Positions 27,767 through 39,746 of a DNA stretch of 64,000 bases are shown here, one piece after another (position 1 is the first letter of the stretch; each line of letters starts with the position of its first letter). A model generated the notes under the pieces. The model saw only the letters and a program-made list of their open reading frames with translations, did not search any database and had not been told where the DNA came from. The DNA comes from Prochlorococcus sp. AG-355-B18 (GTDB lineage Bacteria; Cyanobacteriota; Cyanobacteriia; PCC-6307; Cyanobiaceae): positions 1-64,000 of the forward strand of contig QCDI01000010.1 in the NCBI GenBank assembly GCA_003280965.1, given 5' to 3'. The translations under genes were made by a program, and so were the position numbers.

Positions 27767-28123
27767 TTATAATTGTTTTTCTATTAGATAAATTTTCACT
27801 TCACCAATTTTGTCTGGTTTAGTTATTTTACATCCTTTATCTTTTTCCATATCACAATCTTTTGTTGCAGGAATAGATTTCCAAGTGCAAATTTTTTCTT
27901 GAGAATCTTCTTTTAAGATAATCCAACCATCATCTAAGTAGTCTGAAATCCCATCGTCTCCACAGGAAAACTTTATTTCCATTGTTTTCTTCTCTGCATC
28001 AGTATTTGAATTAATATTATCTTCTGAATTAATTATTGGAGAGTTTTTGTTTAATGAGGGTTTACAGGAACTTAAGAAAATTACAATTAAAAATATTTGT
28101 GATAATTTCTTTATTATTTTCAT
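27767..28123 (-). CDS. putative Cys-rich lipoprotein
   Basis: Lipobox LSSC; four further Cys. Confidence 0.75.
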   Translation of the reverse strand: MKIIKKLSQIFLIVIFLSSCKPSLNKNSPIINSEDNINSNTDAEKKTMEIKFSCGDDGISDYLDDGWIILKEDSQEKICTWKSIPATKDCDMEKDKGCKITKPDKIGEVKIYLIEKQL

Positions 28124-28164
28124 TTTTCTATCGTTTGATGATTCTTAGTTGATTAAATTATAGT

Positions 28165-28341
28165 TTATTTCGATTCTATTAATTTAAGTAGTTGATCCAT
28201 TTTATTCATTAATATTTTTACTTCATCTGGATGGGGTAATATTAATTCTTCAGTAACTGATAAATGCATTTTTTTTAAGTTTTGTCTTAAATCTTTTAAA
28301 TGCATTTTTACATTTTCTTTTTTTTGTTTTATATCAGCCAT
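28165..28341 (-). CDS. small helical protein (58 aa, MADIKQKKENVKMHLKDLRQNLKKMHLSVTEELILPHPDEVKILMNKMDQLLKLIESK)
   Basis: Manual translation; ungapped similarity to 26721-26927. Confidence 0.75.
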   Translation of the reverse strand: MADIKQKKENVKMHLKDLRQNLKKMHLSVTEELILPHPDEVKILMNKMDQLLKLIESK

Positions 28342-28419
28342 AGGATTAAAACATAAATTTAATCAACTTAAAGTAACTATTATAGTAGCTTGTTGGTTAT
28401 TAATAGAAAATGAAAAATA

Positions 28420-28857
28420 TTAATTTTTTAAATTTTTAATTTCATAAATTTCTTCACCACCATAACAAAAATTTGTTGATAACATTTTTAACTCCTGCTT
28501 ATTAATTCCAGTTACATTTTTATTTTTTATAATATAGTTTTTAGCAATTGCTTCACAATCTAATTTACTTTTTGCATGTTTTATAACTGGATAAAAATAT
28601 GCCAATGTAGTTATTGTAAAAAGAAATGTTAGCAATACTTTTTTATCATTTTTGATTAATTCTTTGGATTTCTTTTTAGCATTTAATATTTTTATTAAGA
28701 ATTTATCTGGCAATCCTATTTGAACAAATAAAAGCTCTACCCACCATGGAAGATTTTTATCTTTCTTCTTATTTGAGTTTGGGGATGTATTCATTTTTTT
28801 AGCTTCAAAATTTTGATTTCTAAATTCTTTAGGATTAATTTTTTCTTTTTTATTCAT
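28420..28857 (-). CDS. hypothetical membrane protein
   Basis: LPWWVELLFVQIGLPD motif, one TM, two Cys; true start may be downstream. Confidence 0.75.
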   Translation of the reverse strand: MNKKEKINPKEFRNQNFEAKKMNTSPNSNKKKDKNLPWWVELLFVQIGLPDKFLIKILNAKKKSKELIKNDKKVLLTFLFTITTLAYFYPVIKHAKSKLDCEAIAKNYIIKNKNVTGINKQELKMLSTNFCYGGEEIYEIKNLKN

Positions 28858-28990
28858 ATCATCGAAGAATTTATTTGGAATATAGAGGTTTTATTTTGAT
28901 TTGGAAACTATATTTTTATTTTATAAGTTTTAATTTAATTTACCTATGAATTTGAGTATTGTAAATTTGTATTTAAAACAAAATTTATAA

Positions 28991-29260
28991 ATGGCAAAAA
29001 AAAGAAGAAAGTTAAATAAGGAATTCGAGAAGAAAATATATTCATCAAAAAAAAATGTAGAATTAGTTCTGGCCAAAATTTATGATATCGATGATGAAGA
29101 TATTCAAAAGGAATATATGAGTGCTTTTAATGAAGTTGTTTACTTATATGATGAACTAAAAGAAAATTATCAACAAAAAGGATTTGATGATGATTCAGAA
29201 GATCTTCTAGTAAATTATAAAAATGCATTTAATATTTTCGAATCAGAATTTGAAATTTAA
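28991..29260 (+). CDS. hypothetical protein (89 aa)
   Basis: ORF track; basic N-terminus, acidic C-terminus. Confidence 0.75.
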   Translation: MAKKRRKLNKEFEKKIYSSKKNVELVLAKIYDIDDEDIQKEYMSAFNEVVYLYDELKENYQQKGFDDDSEDLLVNYKNAFNIFESEFEI

Positions 29261-29267
29261 ATTCTGA

Positions 29268-29474
29268 TTACCTTTTATAAGGTAATACAGGTATTTCAAT
29301 TGCATTCCCTTTTTGGAGATTAGATCTTTTCTCTTCCAAAAACTTTATACATGTTGATTTTCTTTTCTCATTTTTACAAATCTTTTTTATCTGATAATCA
29401 GTAAGTGAAAATGATTTCTCTCCGAATATAAATAAAACAAATATGGTGAAGCATAAATTTAATGCTAATTTCAT
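29268..29474 (-). CDS. small putative secreted protein (68 aa)
   Basis: Signal-like N-terminus, C-x7-C, IEIPVLPY. Confidence 0.65.
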   Translation of the reverse strand: MKLALNLCFTIFVLFIFGEKSFSLTDYQIKKICKNEKRKSTCIKFLEEKRSNLQKGNAIEIPVLPYKR

Positions 29475-29512
29475 TGATTGTCTAATAAAAATTTTAACTC
29501 TCCTTTATTAAA

Positions 29513-29791
29513 CTACTTTTTACTATATATATCTATAATCTGTTTTAATTCATCTTTGCCTAAGTCTGTTGAAATAAAAACTTCTTGGGCAGTTTTTCCT
29601 TTTCTTGCGATTGCTTTATATCCGTTTATAGTTTTTACCGATAATCTTATTATCAATTTAGAAGATTTCCCCCTTGCTCTTGATATTACTGCTGGGGTAA
29701 TTGTTTTGATATTTGTGTTAAGAGCTAATTTTTGGAGGATTGGTATTAGACCCTCTATATTCGTACTATGATTTATTACTAACCTGCCCAA
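29513..29791 (-). CDS. DUF2103-like protein
   Basis: GRLVINHST, ITPAVI, ARKGKTAQEVFI. Confidence 0.75.
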   Translation of the reverse strand: MGRLVINHSTNIEGLIPILQKLALNTNIKTITPAVISRARGKSSKLIIRLSVKTINGYKAIARKGKTAQEVFISTDLGKDELKQIIDIYSKK

Positions 29792-29904
29792 TTTTTTTTT
29801 CCTATTCTATTTACAAAATTTAGTTTTCGGGAAATTAAATTTAACTTAGATAATGGAAAAAAATTTTGAAGTTCTGTTATATTAATACTAGTGATTTAAA
29901 TCTA

Positions 29905-30006
29905 ATGATTTTTCAAATTGGATGGGCTGCATTAGCTGCTATTTTTACTTTTTCAATTGCAATGGTCGTATGGGGTCGCAATGGTGATGGCTCTATTGAC
30001 ATATGA
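29905..30006 (+). CDS. petN: cytochrome b6f subunit PetN
   Basis: Manual translation [33 protein letters not shown]. Confidence 0.95.
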
Positions 30007-30143
30007 TTTCAATTCCAACTTATGAGTTATATTTAAGCAAATTTCTTATTATTACATCATTCGTTTTACTGATTTTCATAACATTCGCTGTAATTTATAT
30101 TTCTTATATTTCTTGGAAAGATAAAAAAAGATTGAAGAAATAA
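30003..30143 (+). CDS. small membrane protein (46 aa) coupled to petN
   Basis: ATGA overlap with petN stop; [46 protein letters not shown]. Confidence 0.7.
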
Positions 30144-30146
30144 CTA

Positions 30147-30803
30147 CTATTGTTTTTTATCTTTTTTCTTATCCTTTATTTTTAGTTCTTCAATTAATTC
30201 TTTTGCCTGTTCCATTTTGGATATAGTACTCTTGTAAATTCCTATGTCTTTTTCTGCTTTATTAGTGGATAAGTTTAGCTTCTCAAAAATATCAGAGATT
30301 ATTTTATTTGTCTCTGATTCATTTCCTCCTTTGAAATCTGGAGAGTTTGAAATTATTTTATACATTCCTAAGTTCAAAATTCTTGAAGGGTAAAGTTTGG
30401 AATTGCCTTTTTCTTTTAATATTTTCAATATATCATTAGAGGATTTATCCTTAAATTCCTTTTGAGATTTTTGAGAGATCAGCTTGATTTCCTTCGCTTC
30501 AAAATTTGTAGAACTGCATAAAGATTCAAAAAGAAGATCCAAATGTTTTTCAGGTTTGTATCCTTTCATTAATTCTTTAAATGTTTCTGTAAGACCAACA
30601 CAAAATAGATTATCTTGGGTAAATTCATTTTGATGATTTAAAAGATTAAGTTCGACAAGCATTTCATCAACTATTCTTTTATATAAACCTGGAATAACGT
30701 AAGGGAATTGCTCATAAAATAACTTTTTGCTATCTGAAACAGTCAATTTTTCTTTCAATTTTTTATATGTAAACCTTAATAAGGTTAGCGTATGTTGACT
30801 CAA
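30147..30803 (-). CDS. psb29: photosystem II biogenesis protein Psb29/Thf1
   Basis: TVSDSKKLF…[15 protein letters not shown]…KMEQAKEL; true start probably downstream of 30803. Confidence 0.88.
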   Translation of the reverse strand: MSQHTLTLLRFTYKKLKEKLTVSDSKKLFYEQFPYVIPGLYKRIVDEMLVELNLLNHQNEFTQDNLFCVGLTETFKELMKGYKPEKHLDLLFESLCSSTNFEAKEIKLISQKSQKEFKDKSSNDILKILKEKGNSKLYPSRILNLGMYKIISNSPDFKGGNESETNKIISDIFEKLNLSTNKAEKDIGIYKSTISKMEQAKELIEELKIKDKKKDKKQ

Positions 30804-30838
30804 TATCGTTAATATCTAATAAACAGATAAATATTATT

Positions 30839-31426
30839 ATGATCCCTTTAGTTTTAGAAGAGTCTGGCGGTAGTGAAAGAGTCTTTGATATTTATTCAAG
30901 ATTATTGAGAGAGAGAATAATCTTTTTGGGAGAACAAGTTACTAGTGAAACTGCTAATAGAATTGTTGCTCAATTATTATTCCTCGAAGCAGAAGATCCT
31001 GAGAAGGATATCTACATGTACATTAATTCGCCAGGTGGATCTGTCTATGATGGCCTAGGAATTTTTGACACAATGCAGCATGTAAAGCCTGATATTCATA
31101 CGGTATGTGTAGGTTTAGCTGCTAGTATGGGCGCTTTTTTGTTGGCTGCAGGTACTAAAGGTAAAAGAAGCAGCCTTAGACATTCAAGAATAATGATTCA
31201 TCAACCATTAGGAGGTGCTAGAGGGCAAGCCAGTGATATAAGGATTCAAGCTGATGAAATTTTGTTTTTAAAAGAACGGCTTAATACCGAACTATCAGAG
31301 AGAACTGGAAAGGATTATGAAACTATTAAAGAAGATACAGATAGGGATTTTTATATGTCTCCAAAAGAGGCTGTTGATTATGGATTAATAGATTTAGTTT
31401 TAGATAAGAAACCAGTCAAATCTTAA
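30839..31426 (+). CDS. clpP: ATP-dependent Clp protease proteolytic subunit
   Basis: [38 protein letters not shown]. Confidence 0.97.
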   Translation: MIPLVLEESGGSERVFDIYSRLLRERIIFLGEQVTSETANRIVAQLLFLEAEDPEKDIYMYINSPGGSVYDGLGIFDTMQHVKPDIHTVCVGLAASMGAFLLAAGTKGKRSSLRHSRIMIHQPLGGARGQASDIRIQADEILFLKERLNTELSERTGKDYETIKEDTDRDFYMSPKEAVDYGLIDLVLDKKPVKS

Positions 31427-33336
31427 CTTAATAATTGAGGTGTTCTTTCTTTCTCAGGGATGGTAGTAAATTTAGAAAGAATTTTTATGAATTCTTCACC
31501 ATCTAATGTTTCTTTTTCTATTAGCAAGTCTACAATTTTATCCATGGCTTCTCTGTTTTTGCTAACTATCGAATAAGTTTCTTTATAACACTCCTTAACC
31601 ATAACTCTCACACTTTCATCGATTTGCTTAGATATTGAATCGGAAACTTCACTTCTTGTCATCAAATCTCTACCAACAAAAACTTCTTGGTTTCCACCCT
31701 CTAAAGCTATTGGACCCAAATTACTCATTCCAAATCTAGTAACCATTTGACGAGCCATAGAAGCGACTTGTTGAAAGTCCCCACCAGCGCCAGTAGTGAT
31801 TTCACCTTTGCCAAAAACAACATCTTCAGCAGCTCTTCCTCCTAATGCACCCATTATTCTTGCTTTTAGTTGAGCCCTGCTAACGAGAGTTTGTTCATCA
31901 TCTGGAGTGAACCAAGTTAGTCCTTTAGCTTGACCTCTTGGAATTACTGTAACTTTTTGAACAGGATCATGAGCTTTCACTAGTGAACCTATAAGAGCGT
32001 GACCAACTTCATGATAAGCAATTAATCTTTTGCTTCTACCATCTGTTAATGGGGAACCCTCCATTCCAGCGACAATCCTGTCTACAGAGTCATCTATTTC
32101 TGAAATACTTATTGAATCTTTCCTTCTTCTAGCAGTTAAGATAGCAGCTTCATTTAATAGATTTGCTAAATCTGCTCCAGTAAAACCTGGAGTTCTTCTT
32201 GCAATGCTTTCAAGGGTTAAATCGTCTTGTAGTTTCTTATTCCTCGCGTGGACTTCAAGAATTGATAACCTGCCTTTGATGTCTGGTGCGTCTACGGTTA
32301 CTTGTCTATCAAATCTACCTGGCCTCATTAAAGCCGAATCTAATACGTCAGGTCTGTTTGTAGCTGCAATAATTATTATTCCACTATTACCTTCAAACCC
32401 GTCCATCTCAGTAAGCAATTGATTTAGTGTTTGTTCTCTCTCATCATTTCCACCTCCAATACCAGCACCTCTTTGCCTTCCAACCGCATCAATTTCATCA
32501 ATAAAAATTAAACAAGGACTATTTTCTTTAGCTCTTTTAAAGAGATCTCTAACCCTACTAGCACCAACACCAACAAACATCTCAACAAATTCAGAACCTG
32601 ACAATGAAAAGAAAGGGACACCTGCTTCACCCGCAATTGCTTTTGCTAAGAGAGTTTTACCTGTGCCAGGAGGCCCAACTAACAAAACACCCTTAGGTAT
32701 CCTGGCTCCAACAGAAGTAAATTTTTCTGGTTTTTTCAGGAAAGTAACAACCTCTTGTAAATCTTGTTTGGCTTCGTTTACACCCGCTACATCGTCGAAA
32801 ACTACCCCTGTTTCAGCCTCCATTGCGAATCTTGCCTTTGTCTTACCGAATTGCATTGCTTGACCAGGGCCACCAGGCATACCATTTGATCTTCTGGCTA
32901 ATAAAATTAAACCTCCAATTAAAATAGCTGGGAAAAGTAAATTACCCAAAATTCCTAATGCTGGTGGTGCTGTCTTTACAGGATGTACATCGAAACTAAT
33001 TCCTTCATTTTTTAATTTATTTATAAGTTCTGGTGTTAAGCCTGGAAGGTCAACCCTTAGTCTTTGAACTTTATTATCTAAATCTGAATCAATGGTTTCT
33101 ATAACTGCATTCCTGCCACCTTCAAAAATATCTACCGACGTAACTCTTCCCGAATTAATGTAATCTAAGAATCTACCGTAACTAACTCTTGCTACCGCAG
33201 AATTTCTTGGTGCAATGGTTGTTCCATTTGATTTAAGTGAATCAACATTGCTAGAGGATAAAAATTGGTAGGAAAGCGCAATTACTAAAAGTATAGGTAG
33301 AGCCCATAAAATTAATGTTTTAAATTTCTGATTCAT
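31423..33336 (-). CDS. ftsH: ATP-dependent zinc metalloprotease FtsH (FtsH2-like)
   Basis: [23 protein letters not shown]. Confidence 0.97.
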   Translation of the reverse strand: MNQKFKTLILWALPILLVIALSYQFLSSSNVDSLKSNGTTIAPRNSAVARVSYGRFLDYINSGRVTSVDIFEGGRNAVIETIDSDLDNKVQRLRVDLPGLTPELINKLKNEGISFDVHPVKTAPPALGILGNLLFPAILIGGLILLARRSNGMPGGPGQAMQFGKTKARFAMEAETGVVFDDVAGVNEAKQDLQEVVTFLKKPEKFTSVGARIPKGVLLVGPPGTGKTLLAKAIAGEAGVPFFSLSGSEFVEMFVGVGASRVRDLFKRAKENSPCLIFIDEIDAVGRQRGAGIGGGNDEREQTLNQLLTEMDGFEGNSGIIIIAATNRPDVLDSALMRPGRFDRQVTVDAPDIKGRLSILEVHARNKKLQDDLTLESIARRTPGFTGADLANLLNEAAILTARRRKDSISISEIDDSVDRIVAGMEGSPLTDGRSKRLIAYHEVGHALIGSLVKAHDPVQKVTVIPRGQAKGLTWFTPDDEQTLVSRAQLKARIMGALGGRAAEDVVFGKGEITTGAGGDFQQVASMARQMVTRFGMSNLGPIALEGGNQEVFVGRDLMTRSEVSDSISKQIDESVRVMVKECYKETYSIVSKNREAMDKIVDLLIEKETLDGEEFIKILSKFTTIPEKERTPQLLS

Positions 33337-33444
33337 TAATTTGTTTTTTTATTAATTAAATTATTCTAGGATGAATCTATGCATTTCGTTGATCTTTCTT
33401 TTAACTTTATGCTTATATTACTTTAGATTGTATTCAAATTATAA

Positions 33445-33654
33445 ATGAAATTTGAGATCAAAGATAAGGTTAAGTTGATTGCGCCAGTCTCCTACCTTAA
33501 GACTTCAGATAATATGCCAATGCTAAGACCACCTGATCTGGTGGCGATTGATGAAATTGGAGAAATCCTATCAATAAAATCTTTAGATACTGTAGAAGTG
33601 AAGTTTAGGAGAGGTTGTTTTTTAATCGATATTGATAAGTTAGAGAAAATTTAA
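33445..33654 (+). CDS. sipA: regulatory protein SipA
   Basis: YLKTSDNMPMLRPPDLV…VKFRRG. Confidence 0.85.
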   Translation: MKFEIKDKVKLIAPVSYLKTSDNMPMLRPPDLVAIDEIGEILSIKSLDTVEVKFRRGCFLIDIDKLEKI

Positions 33655-33655
33655 C

Positions 33656-34873
33656 CTAAAATTTTTTATTCCATAAAGTATTTATTTCTGAACAAATTTT
33701 TTCGTTACCAGAAATACTTAAATAAGGTTTCGAGAAATACTTATTAGTTAGTTTAAGAATATCTAACGAAGATATTTCATCAATTTTTGAATTTAAATCA
33801 TTTTCTTGGGTGGGTGATATTCCATAACTTATTAATTGTATTTTTCTTTGTAAAATCTCATCTAAAGACTGATTACCTAAAAGAAAAGAACCTTTTAATT
33901 TTTCTTTAGCCAAAAATATTTCAGAATCAATCAAAGGTTTTAAAAGAAGTTCTTTCCATAGCGATGATAAAAGTTCAAAAGCCAAGAGGGCATTTTTATT
34001 GGACACTGATAAATATACTAAAAATGGTGCATTCTCATTCCTAACTGGATAAAAAACACCTAAATCGTAAGTGATGCCATTTTTTTCTCTAAAAAGTTTA
34101 AATAAAAAAGCGCTCATTCCATAAGATAAATATGATTCCAAAACTTTAAGTGGCAAATATTCACTACTTCTACGAGAACAAGTTTGGTTACCTATCATTA
34201 TGATTGTTTGATTAGAATTATTATTTATACAATGAATTCTGTTAATAGGATAAATATCATGATTTTCAGGTCTTGAGTCTTCTTTTAGAATTTTTTTTTC
34301 TAATGTGTTTAATTCTTTCCCATTAATTTTTGAATCGTTAGAAATTATAAATTTTTCTCTATTTTGGAAACTTTTAAACTCGCATAATATATCTTCATGG
34401 GTAACTTTTAAGACATCATTTGAGTTACCAATTGTGTTGAAAGCATATGGATGGTCCGAGTAAACAATTTTTTTCCATTTTTCAAAACAAATATTGAATG
34501 GATTCTCTTTTTCTTTTTTTATGAAATCAATAGAGGATTTTTTTACTTTTTGAAATTCTATTTCGGAAAGAATAGGCTTATTAATTATTAATTCAAGAAG
34601 AGGGAGTAATTTGCTGAAATGTTCATTTAGTGATTTAAGGCCTATTGAGATACCATCTTCATATACCTCATTATTTAATTCAGCTCCATAGGATTCGATA
34701 TACTCCGAAAGACTATAATTATCAAAGCCCTCACATCCTCGGGTGAGTAATGAAGTAAGAATCTTATTTATGCCTTTTTTGCCAATACTATCCATATCGC
34801 TTCCACCTTTAATCCAAATAGAAGCAGTTGAAAAATTTCTTTTTTTATAATTAAGAAAATATCTTTTTAACAT
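33656..34873 (-). CDS. M16 family peptidase, non-catalytic-type subunit
   Basis: M16 pattern lacking HxxEH; LFREKNGITY. Confidence 0.85.
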   Translation of the reverse strand: MLKRYFLNYKKRNFSTASIWIKGGSDMDSIGKKGINKILTSLLTRGCEGFDNYSLSEYIESYGAELNNEVYEDGISIGLKSLNEHFSKLLPLLELIINKPILSEIEFQKVKKSSIDFIKKEKENPFNICFEKWKKIVYSDHPYAFNTIGNSNDVLKVTHEDILCEFKSFQNREKFIISNDSKINGKELNTLEKKILKEDSRPENHDIYPINRIHCINNNSNQTIIMIGNQTCSRRSSEYLPLKVLESYLSYGMSAFLFKLFREKNGITYDLGVFYPVRNENAPFLVYLSVSNKNALLAFELLSSLWKELLLKPLIDSEIFLAKEKLKGSFLLGNQSLDEILQRKIQLISYGISPTQENDLNSKIDEISSLDILKLTNKYFSKPYLSISGNEKICSEINTLWNKKF

Positions 34874-36132
34874 TTAGAAGGGGATGCAATTAAAGTGAAT
34901 TTGTCTCCATTTATATATTCTGTTATCTTTTTGAAATTATCTAAATCATTCCAGTATTTTAAATGACTTTCAAGTTGATTTATTGAAGATTTCCTTCCCC
35001 AAAGAAGTTCATTTCCAAAGAATGAAGAAAGCTGTGTAGCTGTCTCTAAGTTAAAGACATAATTGCTTTTTACAATATTTATGGCTTTTTTTATCTCATC
35101 CACAGTTAATATTTGGTGATTTGCTATTTCGTCTAAAGTTCCATTAATTTGTTTTTCTACTAATTCAATATCTTTGTTTTCACAATTGGCTTCCAAGATA
35201 AATAATCCGCCTAATTCACCAGCATTTACATCTACATAAACTGATTCAACAAGATTATTATCTTCTTTTAAAATTTTCACTAACCTGCTGTTTCTACCTA
35301 CAGATAATATTGACGCTAATATCTCTAATCCAATAATATTTTTCTGATCACTGAGGTTTGGGATGAACCATGCCATAAATATTCTTGAAAATTCCAAATT
35401 ATCAAACTTAATTACCTCTCTACTATTCCTAATTTTTAAAAGATTACTATTTTTTTGATTTATTAAATTTGGATCAGTAGAAATTGGATTATTGTTTATG
35501 CCAGATAGATCACTTTTCTCAAAAATTTTATAAATATCTCCTGAGAGATTACCTGCAATTGCAATACAAATTCTTTCAGTGGTGTAGTGTTTGTTATGAA
35601 ATTTCTCAAGGTCATTTATATCTAAGTTTTTAATACTATCTTCAGTTCCTAGAATCGAATTTGCATAATTCGGACTCAGCCAAACCCTTTTCAAAAAATA
35701 ATTAAATAATCTTTCTTCAGGCTGATCATTTTGTTGTTTTATTTCGTCAATAACTACCCCTTTTTCTTTAACAAATTCATCAGGATTAAAATTTGGAGAA
35801 ACGACAATATTTGTCAAAAGAGCAAGTGATTCTCTAAAGTTAATTGGTGGAACAAGGACGTGGTAATGTACATCATCGTAACCTGTTGAAGCGTTGCTTA
35901 ATCCGCCAAGTGATTCAATTTTATAGTCAAATTCACCTGGCATTATTTTGTTAGATCCTTTAAAAATCATATGCTCTAGAAAATGAGCAGTGCCGTTTTT
36001 ACCAACCTCCTCAAATGAAGAACCTGCTTTGCACCAAATATCAATGCTTATAAGCGGTAATTCTTTATTATCCACAAACACACATTTAGTTTTGCTTGAA
36101 TGGGTATAGTAGTTAACTTCTCCTACATTCAT
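34867..36132 (-). CDS. M16 family zinc peptidase
   Basis: GTAHFLEHMIFKGS. Confidence 0.92.
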   Translation of the reverse strand: MNVGEVNYYTHSSKTKCVFVDNKELPLISIDIWCKAGSSFEEVGKNGTAHFLEHMIFKGSNKIMPGEFDYKIESLGGLSNASTGYDDVHYHVLVPPINFRESLALLTNIVVSPNFNPDEFVKEKGVVIDEIKQQNDQPEERLFNYFLKRVWLSPNYANSILGTEDSIKNLDINDLEKFHNKHYTTERICIAIAGNLSGDIYKIFEKSDLSGINNNPISTDPNLINQKNSNLLKIRNSREVIKFDNLEFSRIFMAWFIPNLSDQKNIIGLEILASILSVGRNSRLVKILKEDNNLVESVYVDVNAGELGGLFILEANCENKDIELVEKQINGTLDEIANHQILTVDEIKKAINIVKSNYVFNLETATQLSSFFGNELLWGRKSSINQLESHLKYWNDLDNFKKITEYINGDKFTLIASPSKC

Positions 36133-36149
36133 TTTAAACTTCTCTTTAA

Positions 36150-36898
<749 letters not shown>

Positions 36899-36899
<1 letters not shown>

Positions 36900-37813
36900 T
36901 GAAATTAAAAACATTTAACAATTTATTTATTTATCTATTAATATTTGCACCATTATCACTTGGGATGATTTCCTGTTCTGGCAATAATAAATCAAGTTCC
37001 AAATTAAACGAGGAAACAGCTGCAGATATTATTCCGCCTATTAGAGCTGTTGCCGCACTGGGTCAACTTTCTCCTTCGGGAGAGATTAGGCAATTGGCAG
37101 CTCCAATAAGTCAGTTTGGCTCGTCCCCTCGAATAACTGAACTTTTAGTAAATGAAGGCGATTTTGTGAAAAAGGGAGATGTCCTTGCAATTTTTGAAAA
37201 TAGAAAAAAATTAATCTCAGATCTTGATAGAAATAACAATTTAATTAAAACCATAGAAGATGAAATCTCATTAAAGCTAGATCAAATTAAGAGGTATGAG
37301 TTGGCTTTGAGTAAAGATGTATATTCTTTTGTACAGTTGTCGCAGAGAAAAAACGAATTATTAAACTTACAAAAACAAAAAATAAATCATATCGGGGAGA
37401 AAAAAAATATCGAGATAGATCTGTTTAATTCAAAACTTCGTAGTCCAATCGACGGTTTTATACTTGAAATTAATACGAGAGTTGGTGAGAGGCCTAAAAA
37501 TCAAGGCATCTTAGATATTGGTTCTAGCCAAAAAATGGAGGCTCTTATTGAGGTTTATGAATCAGATATTGACAGGGTCTTTATTTCTCAGAATGTTGAA
37601 TTGAGTAGTGAGAATGGTGGTTTCAATACAATTTTGAAGGGCAAGGTAATAAGGATAAGCCCACAAGTAAAACAAAGAAAAGTTTTATCAACTGACCCAA
37701 CTGGGGATGCTGATTCTCGTATTGTAGAGGTGCTCGTTAAGTTAGATAAAGAGTCTGTAGAAATTGTGCAAAATTACGCTGGGATGAAAGTGATTGCAAA
37801 ATTTATTCCCTAA
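36899..37813 (+). CDS. devB: ABC exporter membrane-fusion protein (DevB-like)
   Basis: VAALGQLSP, LLVNEGDFV, EVYESDI, DSRIVEV. Confidence 0.88.
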
Positions 37814-38985
37814 TGAGTTTTTCTTTTTTAAAATTTAGAAAAATACCATTAGCTTGGTTGTTATTAACAAGGCAACCATTAAGGCTTGCAGTCGCCATAG
37901 CTGGAATAAGTTTTGCAGGGATTTTGATGTTTATGCAATTAGGTTTCAGAGATGGTTTATTTGACACGAGCGTAACTATTCATAAACTTTTAGATGCGGA
38001 TCTTGTTTTGATAAGTCCTAGATCAAAAAGTTCTATAAGCATGAGTGGATTCCCAAAAAGAAGGCTTATACAAACTTTAGCAGTAGAAGATGTTGAAAAA
38101 ACTGCTCCTGTTAATCTAAATTATTTACTTTGGAGAAATCCCGAAAATCTAAAAACTAGATCGATACTTGCATTAGGTTTTAATCCCTCCGATTCACTTC
38201 TTCTAGATGATGGATTCTCAAGGAAAGCTTATAAATTGAGAAATCCTTCGAGAGTTCTTTTTGATAAAATGTCTAGACCTGAATTTGGACCAATTGAAGA
38301 ATGGTTTCTATCAGAAAAAAAAGTTGAGACTGAGGTTGCAGGGAAAAGAGTAATTGTTGAAGGCCTTGTAGAGTTGGGACCATCTTTTGGTGCAGATGGT
38401 AATTTGATAACCAGCCGAGAAACCTTTCTAAGACTTTTTCCAGCGAATCCGCCTGGAAGTATAGAAATTGGTTTGGTAAAGCTAAAAAAAGGGTCTGATC
38501 CTGAATTGATTTCTAGAATATTAAATAACTCACTTCCAAATGATGTTCGAGTCCTCACAAAAAATGAATTCATAGAATTTGAGAAAAATTATTGGAAAAA
38601 TAGTACCGCAATTGGTTTTATATTTAGTTTGGGAGCATTGATGGGTTTCGTTGTAGGGTGTGTGGTGGTTTATCAAATTCTTTATAGTGACGTTACAGAC
38701 CACCTCCCTGAGTACGCTACTTTATTAGCAATGGGGTATAGACTTAAGTCCCTTTTCTTTGTCGTAGCTAGAGAAGGATTTTTGTTGGCATTGTTTGGTT
38801 ATTTACCTGCTTATTTATCTGGTCAAGTACTTTACTCAGTCATAAGGAAATCCACTAAACTCCCAATAATAATGGATGCAGATAAAACGATTTTAATTTT
38901 CGTATTAGTTTTATTAATGTGTATGGGGTCAGCTGCTGTTGCGATGCGTAAATTAGTTGATGCTGATCCTGCCGAAATCTTTTAA
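37813..38985 (+). CDS. devC: ABC exporter permease DevC
   Basis: LMFMQLGF, YQILYSDV…EYATL, ADPAEIF. Confidence 0.92.
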   Translation: MSFSFLKFRKIPLAWLLLTRQPLRLAVAIAGISFAGILMFMQLGFRDGLFDTSVTIHKLLDADLVLISPRSKSSISMSGFPKRRLIQTLAVEDVEKTAPVNLNYLLWRNPENLKTRSILALGFNPSDSLLLDDGFSRKAYKLRNPSRVLFDKMSRPEFGPIEEWFLSEKKVETEVAGKRVIVEGLVELGPSFGADGNLITSRETFLRLFPANPPGSIEIGLVKLKKGSDPELISRILNNSLPNDVRVLTKNEFIEFEKNYWKNSTAIGFIFSLGALMGFVVGCVVVYQILYSDVTDHLPEYATLLAMGYRLKSLFFVVAREGFLLALFGYLPAYLSGQVLYSVIRKSTKLPIIMDADKTILIFVLVLLMCMGSAAVAMRKLVDADPAEIF

Positions 38986-38998
38986 TAATTAAAAATAA

Positions 38999-39727
38999 AT
39001 GGTTAAAGCCAATAAATTAAAAAACAATGTTCAAAACTTTAAAACTGTCTCAATAAATAATTTGAGTCATTTTTATGGAAAAAATGAGAATAAAAAACAA
39101 GTTCTTAATGACGTTAATTTAAATATTGATAAAGGAGAATTGGTTCTTTTAAAAGGACCTTCTGGATGCGGTAAAACGACTCTTTTAACCTTAATTGGTG
39201 CCTTGAGAACATGTCAAAGTGGGGATTTAACTGTATTAAATAATCAGTTAAATGGAGCATCAAGGAAAACGCGTCAGATTCTTAGAAGAAGTATTGGAAT
39301 GATTTTTCAAGGACATAATCTTCTGAGATGTTTAACAGCAGAACAAAATGTTCAGATGGGTGCAGATTTAATAAAAGGTTTAACATATTTGCAAAGACGC
39401 GAAATAGCAAGGAATTGGTTGTCAGCAGTAGGATTAGAAGATCATCATAAAAAGTTGCCAAATGACTTATCTGGCGGGCAGAAACAGAGAGTAGCAATTG
39501 CTCGAGCTTTATCTGCTAATCCCAAACTTTTATTAGCAGATGAGCCTACTTCTGCTTTAGATAGCGTCACAGGAAGAGAAATAGTAACCCTCTTAAGAAA
39601 ACTTGCAAAAGAGCAAAATTGTTCTGTACTTATGGTGACTCATGATCCAAGAATTTCTGATATGGCGGATAGGATATTAAATATGGAGGATGGTAAAATA
39701 TATAGTGCTCATAGTGAGCTAATATAA
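38999..39727 (+). CDS. devA: ABC exporter ATPase DevA
   Basis: GPSGCGKTT, LSGGQKQRVAIARA, ADEPT. Confidence 0.92.
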   Translation: MVKANKLKNNVQNFKTVSINNLSHFYGKNENKKQVLNDVNLNIDKGELVLLKGPSGCGKTTLLTLIGALRTCQSGDLTVLNNQLNGASRKTRQILRRSIGMIFQGHNLLRCLTAEQNVQMGADLIKGLTYLQRREIARNWLSAVGLEDHHKKLPNDLSGGQKQRVAIARALSANPKLLLADEPTSALDSVTGREIVTLLRKLAKEQNCSVLMVTHDPRISDMADRILNMEDGKIYSAHSELI

Positions 39728-39746
39728 TTAAAAACTTAAAAATTTC

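Noticed and set aside
1..29800. Mobile element or prophage explanation for the accessory region
   Set aside because: No integrase, transposase, tRNA, phage structural gene or flanking direct repeat seen
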